This document shows positions 47,385-61,209 of a DNA stretch of 64,000 bases, piece by piece. The position numbers were made by a program, and so were the translations under genes. Positions within the stretch are counted from its first letter, which is position 1. Every line of letters starts with the position of its first letter. Origin of the DNA: Octopus bimaculoides (Eukaryota); the NCBI RefSeq assembly GCF_001194135.2, contig NC_068982.1, positions 129,133,180 through 129,197,179 on the forward strand, given 5' to 3'. The notes under the pieces were generated by a model. It had not been told where the DNA came from, did not search any database, and worked only from the letters and a program-made list of their open reading frames with translations.

Positions 47385-47780
47385 GTGAGCTGGCAGAATC
47401 GTTAGCACGCCGGGCGAAATGTTAAGCGGTATTTCGTCTGCCGCTACGTTCTGAATTCAAATTTCGCCGAGGTCGACTTAGCTTTTCATCTTTTCGGGGT
47501 CGATTAAATAAGTACCAGTTATGCACTGGGGTCGATATAATCGACTTAATCCCCTTGTTTAGCCCCTTGTGGGCAGTAAAGGAATAAGAATCGTTAACCG
47601 GGCAAAATGCTTGGCGGCATTTTGTCCGTTTTTATGTTCTGAGTTCAAATTCCGCTAAGATTGACTTTGCCTCTCATCCTTTCGAGGACGAATAAATAAG
47701 TATCAGTCAAGTACTGAGGTCGATGTCGTTGACTAGCGCGCTCTCCAGAAATTCCAGGCCTCCTATAGTAGAAAGAATTA
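47385..47780 (+). mobile_element. Two tandem family C SINEs (Deu/Nin-domain-like core). Other copies near 7245-, 10790-, 21437, 21675, 50820-, 52210-, 55120, 57121, 57354, 59125, 60986, 62305 and 62711
   Basis: gagctggcagaa(t/a)cgttagc head, gagttcaaat B-box, core gcctttcatcctttcggggtcgataaaataagtaccag resembling the DeuSINE/Nin core (from recall). Confidence 0.85.
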
Positions 47781-48934
47781 TTGGTACGTAAAATTTGATT
47801 TTAGATGGGTTTGAGGATTATGTGTACAATATTTTACTGAAGTTGAATTAATTGAATCATTTTTAGCAAGTCAAAAGTGACAATTGCCTTTTGATGAACA
47901 CTTCCCTGTATTTTCGTCGGAAAACACAGAATATGTAAAATTAATTTAACATATTTTTTTTTAATGCAATTATGCAGTTAGATTCACATTATTTTAAAAG
48001 AAAGTTGGTAACAGGAAATGTTGGGTGGGCATATGTTTCCAGACGTGTTGGAACTGGTCCAACTTCACAAAACAGTGCAGCTACCGATACCGGTACTTAT
48101 ATATGTAGGTGTAAGATGTAAAAAACAGTTGCACATATCAGTCGACTTCTGTGAAAATCCACCTTGGAAATGTCAGAGCTTATAAATAGTTGCCTGATCT
48201 GTAGAACGTTACAAACATAGGTAACAGTTTCTAGTCTCAAAACCTCCAGCTTGTTTACATTTCACGTATACGCTATCAAGTTTCCGACTGAACAACATGA
48301 AAAGATAGCTAAGCATAACATTTTACTTTACACGTACTGCTTTCATTCGACTTGGCATGAAATCGTGTATGTTAGGAAACAGGAAATGATATGTTTTGAC
48401 GTTCATGCTTTTCCCCAGTTCATCAACGACTTAAGAGAAATGCTTTGGCTCCAACCACGAGTCGAAACTGTACAATGGTAATATTGCGTCTACCATACGG
48501 CGCTCCCTTTTATGATTTCATACATAGTTATGAAGACTGTGATTTTTAAGATTAGGAAAAACGGAGTTTTATACCTTTCTTAATAGCATTAGTGACGTAA
48601 GCGAAATGGGTTGGTTACAATAGAAATTCGGAGTTGCAAATGTATCTGCGCAAGGATTCTGATGATCACATCCACATTTTCTACATAACATAAACTCATC
48701 TGCCGCGTGCGTGGTTGTAGGCGAAGGAGGATATTAATTCTGTGTGGCTGATTTCATATAGTTTTAATCTTGAGTGGCCACTCCAACTTTTCAGTGGGAG
48801 TGAAAGATAGTTAATGAATGATTCTGAGCCACGGAAGTAGTATTAGCACTGAAAAGCAATCTTTATATCCAACTTAACATGGACGTTTTGTTAGAACGCC
48901 AAACAATGCGGTATTAGCCTTGAGAGCGGTCCAC

Positions 48935-49993
48935 AAGTGATCGGACAGTACGAAGGTGGTTTCAGAAATTCTGTAGTGGTGATGAGAGCCTTGAAGAAGA
49001 AGAAGAAAAAGAAGAAGAAGAAGAAGAAGAAGAAGAAGAAGAAGAAGAAGAAGAAGAAGAAGAAGAAGAAGAAGAAGAAGAAGAAGAAGGTAGAGGGGGG
49101 ATCACGCAGTCTTGACAATGAACAATTGAAAGCAATTGTTGAACAAAACCCACGTCAATGTGTCGGAGAAATGTCTCAGGCATTTGGTGTCGGTATTGTA
49201 ACGGTCTCACGCAATCTGCAGAAGATTGGTAACGCGAAAAAGCTCGATGAATGGGTACCGCATGAGCTCAATGAAAATCAAAAAGTTCGGTGTTTTGAAG
49301 TGTACTCAATGCTCTTTCTGCGAAACACCAATGATCCTTTTCTTAACCGAATAGTCACTTGTGACGAAAAGTGGATCCTTTATGATAACCATAAAAGATC
49401 AGGTCAATGGCTTGATCGTGATGAGTCCCCAAAAATTTTTCCAAATCAAAAGCTGCATCAGCAAAAGATTATGATGTCTGGTGGTCTGCAATTGGTGTTA
49501 TTCATTACAGCTTTCTGGGAGCTAATCAGAGCATTACAGCAGATGTTTACTGCAATCAACTCGCTGAAATGCATGCTCATTTGCTAAAAATGAGACCTGC
49601 ATTGGAGAATCGGCGTGGCCCAATTCTGCTCCACGATAATGCAAAGCCATATGCTGCAAGAATGATGCTGCAGAAACTCACAGACTTGGGATACGTGATT
49701 TTACCACATCCTCCATATTCTCCCGGTCTTTCACCCACTGACTACATTTAAACATGTTTTTAAGTGATAAAACTTTCAAATCCAAACCAGAGGTGGAATC
49801 ACCTTTCAAAGATTTCTTAGCATCAAAGCCAATAAGTTTTTATCAACAAGGCATAAATAATCTCGTTGATCGATGGCAGAGATGCATAGCTGTTCACGGC
49901 TCATACTTTAACAAATCAAAACATTTCTATTGTTATTTTTTCCAGAATAAAATTGTTTCTGAAATCGGCCGTTATCTTCGGAACAACCTAATA
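48935..49993 (+). pseudogene. Mariner transposase remnant with a (GAA)n expansion and 3' TIR
   Basis: RTVRRWFQKF.SGDESLE, WVPHEL, IVTCDEKWILYDN, LLHDNAKP, HPPYSPGLSPTDY; ends in aacaacctaata. Confidence 0.92.
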
Positions 49994-51021
49994 TTTGGAT
50001 GGCTTACTTTTGGGTCAATTTCGTAAGCGTTTGAATTACAGAATCCAGCCTTTCCTTCAATCACAACTCAAACTCACATTATTTCAAAATTATCTTATCA
50101 GACAAGGCTGTACGAAAGAATTTTATTCACTTACAACTGCCAAAATGAAGCAGCAGAAAATGCAAGCTTAAAGCAAGAGAAAATAAAACGCAATATATAA
50201 AAAGATAAGACATAAAAATACGACATAATTTAAAGTTGTTTTCGTCCCTTCCTGTATTTAAAAACAGTGCTATCATTCAACAGTTTCTCAAGCAATGTCA
50301 GGTAGACAGCTATCTACATCTTCACACTTATATATAGAATTCGGTTTCACGGTACTTGAAAATTATTTCTAAGAATTTGCTTTATGGTATTTCAAAGTGC
50401 TTTAGATGTAAAAAAAAAATCTGTTACTTCGTTATAAATAATAATAATTTTGGCACAAGGCCAGAAATTTTTAGAGCGGGGGAAGTGGATTACATCAACC
50501 GCAGTGCCTAGTCGGTTACCTATTTTATCAACCCCGAAGGATGAAAAACAAAGTTGACTTCCGTAGGATTTCAAATCAGACCACAAAGAGCATGAGAAAT
50601 GCTGTCGGGCAAAACGTTTAGCAGCGTTTCTTCCGGCTTTACGGTTTTAGTTCAAATACTGATGAGGTCAACTTTACTTTCATCATTTCGGGATCGATAA
50701 AGGAATGTACCAATCAAGTACTGAGGCTGATGTGATATAATCGGCTTACCCCACTCACCTTAAATCTTCTGGCCTTGTGCTAAAATTTGAAAGAATAAAA
50801 TTGTAATTCTTTTTACTATCAGAGCAAAGTCTGAAATTTTGGAGGAGGGACTAGTAGATTACATCGACCCTGATGTTCAACTGGAACTTATCTTATCGAC
50901 CCCCGAAAGGGATGAAAGACAAAAATCAATCTCGGCGGAATTTGAACACAGAACGTAAAGACGGAAGAAGTGCTTCTAAGCATTTTATTCGGCGTGCTAG
51001 GGATTCTGCAAGCTTACCACC

Positions 51022-51070
<49 letters not shown>

Positions 51071-51073
<3 letters not shown>

Positions 51074-51323
51074 GCAAATGAAATCCAAACTAAAACTAGA
51101 ACAGCAACGGACCATGATAAAACGATGGCAAGAAAAGCCCCTACATGGTAAATACTGGGCTAAACTAAATGCGAAAGAAATAGACAGAGAAAAATCCCAG
51201 CAATGGCTGAGAAGCTCAGGACTCAAAGCAGAGACTGAAGGATTTTTAATTGCTGCACAAGACCAAAGCCTCCCCACCAGAAATTACCAAAAACACATAA
51301 TGAAAAGAAATATAACAAGTAAC
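51071..51323 (+). mobile_element. 5'-truncated RLE-type non-LTR retrotransposon (R4/Dong-like) in (TAA)n; the remainder falls in the 51324-52090 gap
   Basis: WQEKPLHGKY...SQQWLRSSGLKAETEGFLIAAQDQSLPTRNY motif that precedes the CCHC finger; (TAA)n on both sides. Confidence 0.8.
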
Positions 51324-52090
51324 NNNNNNNNNNNNNNNNNNNNNNNNNNNNNNNNNNNNNNNNNNNNNNNNNNNNNNNNNNNNNNNNNNNNNNNNNNNNN
51401 NNNNNNNNNNNNNNNNNNNNNNNNNNNNNNNNNNNNNNNNNNNNNNNNNNNNNNNNNNNNNNNNNNNNNNNNNNNNNNNNNNNNNNNNNNNNNNNNNNNN
51501 NNNNNNNNNNNNNNNNNNNNNNNNNNNNNNNNNNNNNNNNNNNNNNNNNNNNNNNNNNNNNNNNNNNNNNNNNNNNNNNNNNNNNNNNNNNNNNNNNNNN
51601 NNNNNNNNNNNNNNNNNNNNNNNNNNNNNNNNNNNNNNNNNNNNNNNNNNNNNNNNNNNNNNNNNNNNNNNNNNNNNNNNNNNNNNNNNNNNNNNNNNNN
51701 NNNNNNNNNNNNNNNNNNNNNNNNNNNNNNNNNNNNNNNNNNNNNNNNNNNNNNNNNNNNNNNNNNNNNNNNNNNNNNNNNNNNNNNNNNNNNNNNNNNN
51801 NNNNNNNNNNNNNNNNNNNNNNNNNNNNNNNNNNNNNNNNNNNNNNNNNNNNNNNNNNNNNNNNNNNNNNNNNNNNNNNNNNNNNNNNNNNNNNNNNNNN
51901 NNNNNNNNNNNNNNNNNNNNNNNNNNNNNNNNNNNNNNNNNNNNNNNNNNNNNNNNNNNNNNNNNNNNNNNNNNNNNNNNNNNNNNNNNNNNNNNNNNNN
52001 NNNNNNNNNNNNNNNNNNNNNNNNNNNNNNNNNNNNNNNNNNNNNNNNNNNNNNNNNNNNNNNNNNNNNNNNNNNNNNNNNNNNNNNNNN

Positions 52091-52206
<116 letters not shown>

Positions 52207-52949
52207 GTTTTAAATTCTGGTACAAGGCCAGCAATTTCGGGTGAGGCGGTAAGTAGATTACATCGACCTCAGTGCTCAACTAGTACTTATTTTTTATCGA
52301 ACCCGAAAGGATAAAAGGTAAAGTCGACCTCAGCGGAATTTGAGCTCGGAACAGAACGACGGACGAAATGCCTCAAAGCATTTTGTCCAGATTATCTTCA
52401 CGAGAGACATGGGATACGTTCCTCATCTTCGGAAGGGAATGGGATAGTACTGCTGTGAGGTGGAAGCTATGGTATCGGCCGCTCCGTCGGGAAATTCGCT
52501 ATTATTGTTGCTGTTATCGGTCCTCTTTTTCTATCTTCTCCTTACTGCCAATTCTGGTTATGACCTTTGTACAAAAGAAAGAGTCTCTCGAGAGCGAGGT
52601 GACCTTTTCAATCGAATGTCAAATGATGCCTTAGGGTTCGCAACCTCTGTAGTCTCCTGCTCCTAAACTTGTGCTTCCACCTCATTCTCTGTTTTGAAAG
52701 CAATGCATAACGAACCATATGCCCTCCCTCTCTCTATGAAAGAGATATTGTGCCATGTCTTAGTGTGCGTTAAGAAATAACCAAAACTTGCCCTATGGTC
52801 CTAATGAGAGGAATCTTCCAGAGACACATTATTTTTTCTACTCTTCTGTCTAAGTGAGTCTATTGAACGAAACTACTACTGGTTATAAATTATCCCTGTA
52901 TACAGATAACAATACGTAGTTGGAAAAACCTACTAAAATGGCAGCCAAG

Positions 52950-53820
52950 ATATAAAAATAAATGAGGGACCAAACAAATCTGCCGAAACCATTATAAGAA
53001 GATGCAAATCAACTAAAACTGAGAATAGACTCAGACACCGAATCAGAGAATTAGGCCAGAAGCACCCATACAAGCACTTCGGAGTAGATGAAACTGATAA
53101 GATCTAACACAGGAATAAAGAAGAAATTAGAAATGAGTTTTACAGAAGAGACAGATTAATATAAAAACAGAACTCAATGCTAGAAATAAGATATTAAGCA
53201 TAGATATGCTAACCATCCCCGAAATAAACTTCATCTTCAACATAAACTGGAAGCTAAGGGAGTTATGAGTTAAGACAGAAAAGACAAGGAAAATACTAAC
53301 AGCGTTCAGAAGCCACCATCTTTGCGCTATTATAGATGGAATATACTGGTCCTACACACAAGTAGAGTGGGGCCAGACACGGAGTTTGGAGGATATTTAG
53401 AAACAAGTAAATGGAGAAGAATTAGTGTGATCAAAAAGCATTTTGAAATATTCTTCTCTATGTATAACGAAAAAAAATACAAATTGAAAACTAATTAAAG
53501 AAAGAGAATGATACAGATAATGACAAAAAAAAAAGCGATATAGATCATTAAAGCAAAGGACTAAAACAAAATGGAATTCCAAAATAGTTTGAATAAAAAT
53601 AGAGAGAAAAACCACCCCATGGCCAATATATCGCGAGATTCGACAGCGGAATCAAGTCAGTGTGAAATCCAACAATGGTTAAAAGAAACTCTGGGCAAAA
53701 ACAAAAGGTCTGATTTTAATAGAACAGGACTAATATCTAACCACAAGTAGCTACAAAAATGGAACGTCAGGTACAGATTATGCAACCGGTACAATTATAC
53801 GATTAACCACACTCTTAGAC
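52950..53820 (+). mobile_element. Older decayed R4/Dong-like RT fragment
   Basis: KTELNARNKI, INW, KTRKILT..RSHH and QDxxL.T..Y...RLC-like motifs across frameshifts. Confidence 0.6.
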
Positions 53821-55299
53821 TATCTATTTCTTGCCTAGTCCGAGTATGTGCATAAACTCAGTTGAGTGACATCTGTGTAGAAGTTTATAGAGAACCACGA
53901 AATATGTTTCTTTTGAAATTGTATCTTCTTTGAAGCATTTGATTCTTTGGTTGAAGTAAAAGTCCACATAGGGAGTATTGAATGTGCAGTCTCAGGAAAC
54001 AATATCTCTTAAAGCTATAAACTTTGTTATAGACTTATCGCCTCTCCCGTCTTGAATGTTTTTATTGCTTGTATTCTTACATCAAGAAGTAAATCTTAAC
54101 TATGGAACGAAATCGAAAATATAGTCTATAATATTCATACAACATAAGCACTTGGTATCATGGACCGTGCTTTCGCTAATTATTTTTAGGAGCTGCAGAC
54201 ACAGACACCCACTCGGTCCGCCCAGCCTTGATACGGTGAAGAACCCACGTTGTCAGTTGAAGTTACAGAGAGCTGCATTAAAACTTAACTAATATCTTAT
54301 GTATCAACCCCAAAAGAATAAAAGTCAGGTTAACCTCTACGGGATTTGAACTAAAACCCAGGACTCAACACGAACACCGTAAGGCATTCTATTCGACACT
54401 GTGATGACGCTACAATTTTCCTATGTGTGTGTGCATGTGTGACATTGAACATTGTAAGATGATATATATTTTCTATTTTTATTTGAATCGCTGCTTGTTT
54501 CACAAAATGAATTATAGTAAAGTAAATGTTTGAACTGTAACGATTAATAGCAATCATGAAGTAAACCTCCTTTTTTTAATGAGATTATCATACGCGGGTC
54601 TTCAGAAATAAACGAATCTGTATTTTCATTAAATACGTTTATCTGATGATGTTTGGCAGCATCATTGCAGTTTCTTGGTAGACAGCCAATACTCTTAATA
54701 ACGTCTGGTATTACTTATGAGTATTACAGAAAAAAAAATAATAAATATATAAAAATATGTATAGATAATGAATAAATAAAATAAACGCAGACTGCTTCTT
54801 GGTAGCGGGTGACGAAGTAAGAAGTTAGCTTTCAGAATGTTGAATCTTCGAAGCTGTTTCGATTTAAAGTTGAAGTCATTAATGCCCCTGGATAATGTAT
54901 GCTAAATATAGGACCTTTGTTGCAAGTAAAAAGTAAATATCTATTTAGTTATCACTGTCAAAATAAAGTGTTTTTGAAACAAGTACTGTTGATTTTAAAG
55001 AGCTTATCCTTGCCAACACACTCGCGTAGTTACTGGTAATTAATATAATCAAAATGGCGGATGTGTTGCCAACACATTCCATGACATTGTTATCTGTTTT
55101 TATTACTTTCTGTATGAAGGCGGCAGCGAGCTGGCAGAACCGTTAGAACGCCGGACAAAATGTTTAGCAGCATTTCGTCTATCTTTATGTTTTTAAGTTC
55201 AAAATCCCCCGTGTCGACTTTGCCTATCATCCTTTCGAGGTCGATGAATTAAGAACCAGTTGAGCACTGGGGTTGATGTAAACGCCAATCAGTCGAATA

Positions 55300-56180
55300 G
55301 TTCTTCTCTGGGCACTGTCCGCGATATCAATGTTGCAATATACTGTACAAGATGTGGAAGCAATACTTTATTGTTGGTCTCATTTCAACTGTTCTTGGGA
55401 CTAAAATATCATCTGGCCTTTATGAGCAGAGATAGTCTTTGGTGTCGTGGAGGCGCAATAGCCCAGTGGTTAGGGCAGCGGACTCGTGGTCATAGGATCG
55501 CGGTTTCGATTCCCAGACCGGGCGTTGTGAGTGTTTATTGAGAGAAAACACCTAAAGCTCCACAAGGCTCCGGCAGGGGATGGTGGCGAACCCTGCTGTA
55601 CTCTTCCACCACAACTTTCTCTCACTCTTACTTCCTGTTTCTGCTGCGCCTGTAATTCAAAGGGTCAGCTTTGTCACACTGTGTCACGCTGAATATCCCC
55701 GAGAACTACGTTAAGAGTACACGTGTCTGTGGAGTGCTCAGCCATTTGCACGTTAATCCCACGAGCAGGCTGTTCCGTTGATCGGATCAACTGGAACCCT
55801 CGACGTCGTAAGCGACGGAGTGCCAACAAGTCTTTGGTGTTAATTATGTTAAGGATGTGATTTCACCAGGAGAGATTCTCGGTGATAGTGAGGCCCATAG
55901 CCCATATCAGAGTACATGTGTGGAGTCTCTAGCCGATGCTGCTCATGTCTGAGGGAAGCAGGAGCATTTTCTGGATATAATTAGTACCTGAGTGATTTTT
56001 TCTGTTCTTTTGTTTTTCTGCTGGAAAAAGAGACATTGTTGGTATGGCCCCAATGAATGATGCTCTCAATTTCTCCGTTTACTGAAACAACGTAGGTTTG
56101 GCGTATGGTGTCCAGGTTGTGTGTGGATGATACTTGGTTAGGGAAAGTTAGAGAAGAATGAAACACCGTATCATCTGCTT
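55300..56180 (-). mobile_element. CR1/L2-group LINE RT fragment interrupted by a family B SINE
   Basis: ADDTVFHSS...IESIIHWGHTNNVSF, GLTITENLSW.NHI and RPTIKYCFHI motifs in order. Confidence 0.7.
55448..55828 (+). mobile_element. SINE family B with 12-bp TSD
   Basis: agtctttggtgt at 55434-55445 and 55829-55840. Confidence 0.92.
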
Positions 56181-56666
56181 AAAAGTGGGCGTTGTTGGAT
56201 ATGACGGCAAGTAGGTCACTGACTGATTCTTTATTTTATCGACCCCATAAAGATGAAAGCAACTTTGGCTCAACGAGATTTGAACTCAGAACCTAAAGAG
56301 ACAGAAGAAATGCTGCTAGGTATTTTATCCGGTGCTCTTAGTTTTCTGTTGGCTCGAAATATTGAAAGTACAAAATAATGGTAGGGTTCTGAAGACTTCT
56401 TGGTATCTAATTTGGAGAATCATTGCTCTAGGTTCAAATCTTATGAATACAAGAGTGAAAATTTTAATCCCATTCACTCAAGTCATCTTAGGAATATGTC
56501 TGTAGTTTTGACTACAGGCATATTTTGTCTATAAATAGCATATCTATGTGGAATTTTGAAGAGTATTTTATGACTGAACAAGAATTTTAATACTTCATGA
56601 TTCCTTGAATGAGAAATCTGGGAAAGATCGTTAGCACATATGAACCATCTCTACATAGAACTTTGT

Positions 56667-57050
56667 GGAGGCACAATGGCCCAGTGGTTAGGGCAGCGGA
56701 CTCGCGGTCATAGGATCACGGTTTCGATTCCCAGACCGGGCGTTGTGAGTGTTTATTGAGCGAAAACACCTAAAGTTCCACGAGGCATCCGGCAGGGGAT
56801 GGTGACGAACCCCACTGTATTCTTTCATCACAACTTTCTCTCACTCTTTGTTTCTGTTGTGCCTGTAATTCAAAGGGCCAGCCTTGTCACACTGTGTCAC
56901 GCTGAATCTCCCCGAGAACTACGTTAAGGGTACACGTTTCTGTGGAGTGCTCAGCCACTTGCACGTTAATTTCACGAGCAGGCTGTTCTGCTGATCGGAT
57001 CAACTGGAACCCTCGACGTCGTTAGCGACGGAGTGCCAACAACAATAACA
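56667..57050 (+). mobile_element. SINE family B with 11-bp TSD
   Basis: catagaacttt at 56654-56664 and 57052-57062. Confidence 0.92.
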
Positions 57051-60000
57051 GCATAGAACTTTATAAAGTTCATCTGACCAAACGACATGAATCCTTCTTT
57101 AATACATTAATTTGTCTTAAAGGCGGCGAGCTGGCAGAATCGTTAGCACGCCGGGAAAAATGCTTAACGGCATCTCGTCTGCCTTTACGTTCTGAGTTCA
57201 AACTCTGCCGAGATCAACCTAGCCTTTCATCCTTTTGAGGTCGATAAAATAACTACCAGTTGAGCACTGGGATCGATGTAATCAACATAGCCCCTTCCCC
57301 ATACCTGCTGGCCTTGTGCTAAAATTTGAAATCAATACATTAATTCGTCTTAAAGCGGCAAGCTGGCAGAATCGTTAGCATGCCGAGTAAAATGCTTGGC
57401 GGCATTTCATCCGCCTTAACATTCTGAGTTCAAATTCCGCCGAGGTCATCTTTGCCTTTCATCCATTCGGGGACGATAAAATAAGTACCAGTTGAACACT
57501 GGGGTTGATGTAATTTACTTACCCCTCCGCCGAAATTGTTGGCCTTGTGCCAGAATTTAAAATCAATAGTTAGTTCGTCTTCTTAAGAGCGTCAGTGAAG
57601 TCTTGATATTTTATGCAATTATTTATTTGAAGCTCTTTTTTATATTTCCTTTTCTGTTTGCAAACATGTGTGAGTATTAAAAATAATTAAACATTTTCTC
57701 ACGAAGATATTTGCACCTGTCACTTCAGAAGACCGGGAGAATTTATTTATTGCAATACTTCTGAGTCCAGAAACGTTGTTTTCTCTTCCAAGTTTAGTTG
57801 GGTGAATTTGTTAGACCGTTCTACTTTTAGCAATTAGGCATAATTCATTTTTTGTTGTTTATGATATCACTGTCTCTAAGTTTATCAGTAATTGTACTCA
57901 CTGTTAAGTTCAATTCTATGTTCATTCACGAAAACCCTATATCTCTTTAGTCGTTCTAAGATCTGGTAGCTACTAATAGATTATGCTTCGCTAGTGAGAT
58001 CTTATGAGACCGTAACATGTCTGAAGTTGTTGTTACGAGTCAGACAAGAGTTGTTGCTTCGAGTCAGACTAGCGTTCCACTGCAGTCCATGTTTAATTAA
58101 ATTAAAATTTCCTGTCTACCACATCAAGCATGAAAGTGCCATTTTACAGTGAGGTTTAGTATATAAACTTTGGAGTTTGATATCTCTGTTGAGGAGTTTA
58201 TTTCAGATTTATCTGAAATAAATTATTTCATATTTACCTGATAGAAGATCCTCAACAGAGATATCAAACTTCAATTGTCGTTGTACGTGTATGTGGGTTA
58301 CATTTCCTAAAATCGCGACTAGTTTTCTACACATTTTCCAGCCGTTAATTACACTCACAAAGAATTAGTCAATCCCTGGCTACTAGAGAATATACTTGCC
58401 CAAAGTTCCGCAAAATGGGATCGAATCTGGTACAACATGTTTCAGAAGCGAACTTGTTAACCACACAGCAATATCTGTACCTAATGTACGGTAGAATTGA
58501 TCGTAGACGCCTTTGTTCGTTCTGATGTTATTTTACAAACTGTACTTAGATGTTTACCGATTTGGGAGTCGTTTTACGAGTTGATTGTTGCTTTGGGTAC
58601 AGATTGTTACGTCGGTGGGATTTACTGCTGAGTATGTTTTTGAGAATTTGGCAGTATTTGGTTGGAGTAGATAGCATTGTTGTGAGAAGTCGAAATTACA
58701 GTGCACCTCTAGAGTATATCTCATGTATATAGTGTCTGTTGTTACTAAGCTCGTTTGGGCTTTTCCTCTGAAAGTCTTACTGCTTGTTTGGATTAGTCCT
58801 CCCACTCCCACACTTCTGTTGTTTTGTTCCGAAAAAATGTTAGAATAAAAAATAATCTAGAATCCTAGAAAATTTGTGATAGACTATTGTGAGAAAAAAG
58901 GAAAAGAGAAGAAGTTTGTATGCTGTGAAGAGACATGACTTTGATTTTTCAGCCAGGACCCGTCTTTAAAATATCAGAAACCACTTCTTTTCATGGTGAA
59001 TGAACTTATTCTATATTTTATTTTACGCTTGAATAAATATTTTCTGTTAAAACACCCTCACAATAACCCTTTCAATGAATAATGTAAATTACTGGGATTT
59101 CCTATTTTTTATGTAGTGGCAGAAGGCGGTAAGTTGGCTGAATCGTCAGAGCGTAGGAAGAGAACGTTTTGCAGCGTTCGTTCTGGTTCTTTACGTTAAG
59201 TTCAAATCCTGACGCAAGATCACTTTACTTTTCATCCATCTGGGGTCGATAAAATAAAGTACCAGTTTAATTCTACGGTAGATGGTATCGATTAACATTC
59301 CTCTCTCTTAAAATTTCTTACCTTGTGCCTAAATCAAAAACCATTAACTGTTTTCTGTGGGTTTGTTCTAAAATATTTGGGATTTTTTTTACATATATTT
59401 TTGGAATTATAATCATTAATTTAATGGTCCGGTGAGATCTCTTATCATTTTATGTCTTCTTTATTTGTATTTGATAATATATTGTGATGGGGTCAACAAA
59501 TGATGTCAGAATGTGTCAGAAGTGACAATTTTGATGTCAACAAAATCATTTGATATTTCTATTGAATTTCGAGAAATGAATATAGTAATTGTATGTCCCG
59601 TAGCCACTTATTCAATATAAAAAGAGGAAATTATGGAGAATTTTTCTGTGTGTGTGGGGGGGATGGATATACCGTTTTATTTCAAAATGTGTCTTGTCTC
59701 TATTTGCCTTCCTGACCTCCATTGCAGTTTAATAATTAGATCAAGGCCAAGATCGATAAACATCAACGAACCGTTAATGTGTTTATCAAATTTTGTTTAT
59801 TTGTTCATTTATTTATTCCTGTGTATGTATGTGTGTTCGTTTAGAAATAAAATAACTCTGTAAGTTGTGTTTAATGAGAGATTTTATCTGAGGGTGCTTA
59901 ACATAACACGTGTTTCTGGCTTTAGAGACTGTGTTACTAATTTCGAGTTAGCACAAAAGTAAGAATTTGTGCATTCTTTACGGTAATCAACGTGGAAAAC

Positions 60001-60985
60001 GATATGCGTACTAAATACTCCGCTCTTAGACCTTGAAAGACAATTGCTGATGAAGATTAAGGGAAAGTGGTAACGGCCTAATTACTTGAAGTAAACTCGA
60101 CTGTGATCTTTATGCTCTCAAGCGTTGTCATATGAATATTATATGTATTAACTGCGAACAGACAGGTATTGCAATATCTTGTATCAGCTTAGGAAGTAAA
60201 AGTAGTTTCAGCTCAAGGAAATAAAGAGGTACAAAGTAAATTCTACTTGAGAAAAAAGATGCTAGTGCCGGTTCGAGTATTACATTAATTGATTAATTAA
60301 TTAGAACCACATTGACAGCACCGGTTATCCTCATAGCACCGAAATTCAATGTTGGTGATATGAAGACCCTAGTTAGTACTTAAATGTAGAGCCTAAATTT
60401 GTGCCTAAAGATGGCTGGTTGGCTGAACTGTTAGAGCATCGGAAAATATATCTTATCGAATTTGTTTTGTCTCTTTATGTTCTGAGTTCAAATCATGTTG
60501 ATGTCGACTTTGCTTTTTATGTTTTCAAGAACGCAGATGTACCTGTAAAGTAAGTGTTTTGGTCTGAGATTATATGTTGAAACTAACGTGATTGCAGAGT
60601 GGAAGACTTATGTCAGTCATTCAGAAACACACAAAGACTGTCAACTTCATGTAAACATTTATTTGTAATATGGCGCGAAGATTGTAGTCGCTCGGAAGTG
60701 ACAAAAACTTGTGCATCAAAAATTGTGCTGAGATACTGCACAATTTTATTATCAGTGAGCAAGTTGCAGTTTCGAGCGACGAAAATTTTGGCACCATGTT
60801 ACAAATAAGTGTTTAAGTGAAGTTAAAGGAGTTTGTTTCTGAATGGCTATCTTAAGTCTTCAACGCGCGCGTGTGTGTGTGTGTCTTTGTCCCCCATCAC
60901 CGCTACTTGACAACAGGTATTAGTGTGCTTTCATCCCCGTAACATTGGTGGTTCGGCAAAAGCGATCGGTAGAATAGGAACCAGG

Positions 60986-61209
60986 TGAGCTGGCAGAAAC
61001 GTTAGCACGCCGGGCGAAATGCTTAGCGGTATTTCGTCTGCCGCTACGTTCTGAGTTCAAATTCCGCCGAGGTCGACTTTGCCTTTCATCCTTTCGGGGT
61101 CGATTAAATAAGTACCAGTTACGCACTGGGATCGATATAATCGACTTAATCTGTTTTTCTATCCTTGTTTGTCCCCTGTGTGTAGCCCCTTGTGGGTAGT
61201 AAAGAAATA
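60986..61209 (+). mobile_element. Family C SINE nested in a family A SINE
   Basis: 15-bp TSD agaata(g/a)gaaccagg at 60971-60985 and 61210-61224. Confidence 0.88.

Noticed and set aside
57720-57780. cagaagaccggg...ccagaaacg as a hammerhead
   Set aside because: The core box is mutated and there is no convincing stem II closure.
58500-58850. Minus-strand decayed GIY-YIG fragment
   Set aside because: Only vague resemblance (HCNFDF); the catalytic motifs cannot be recovered by eye.
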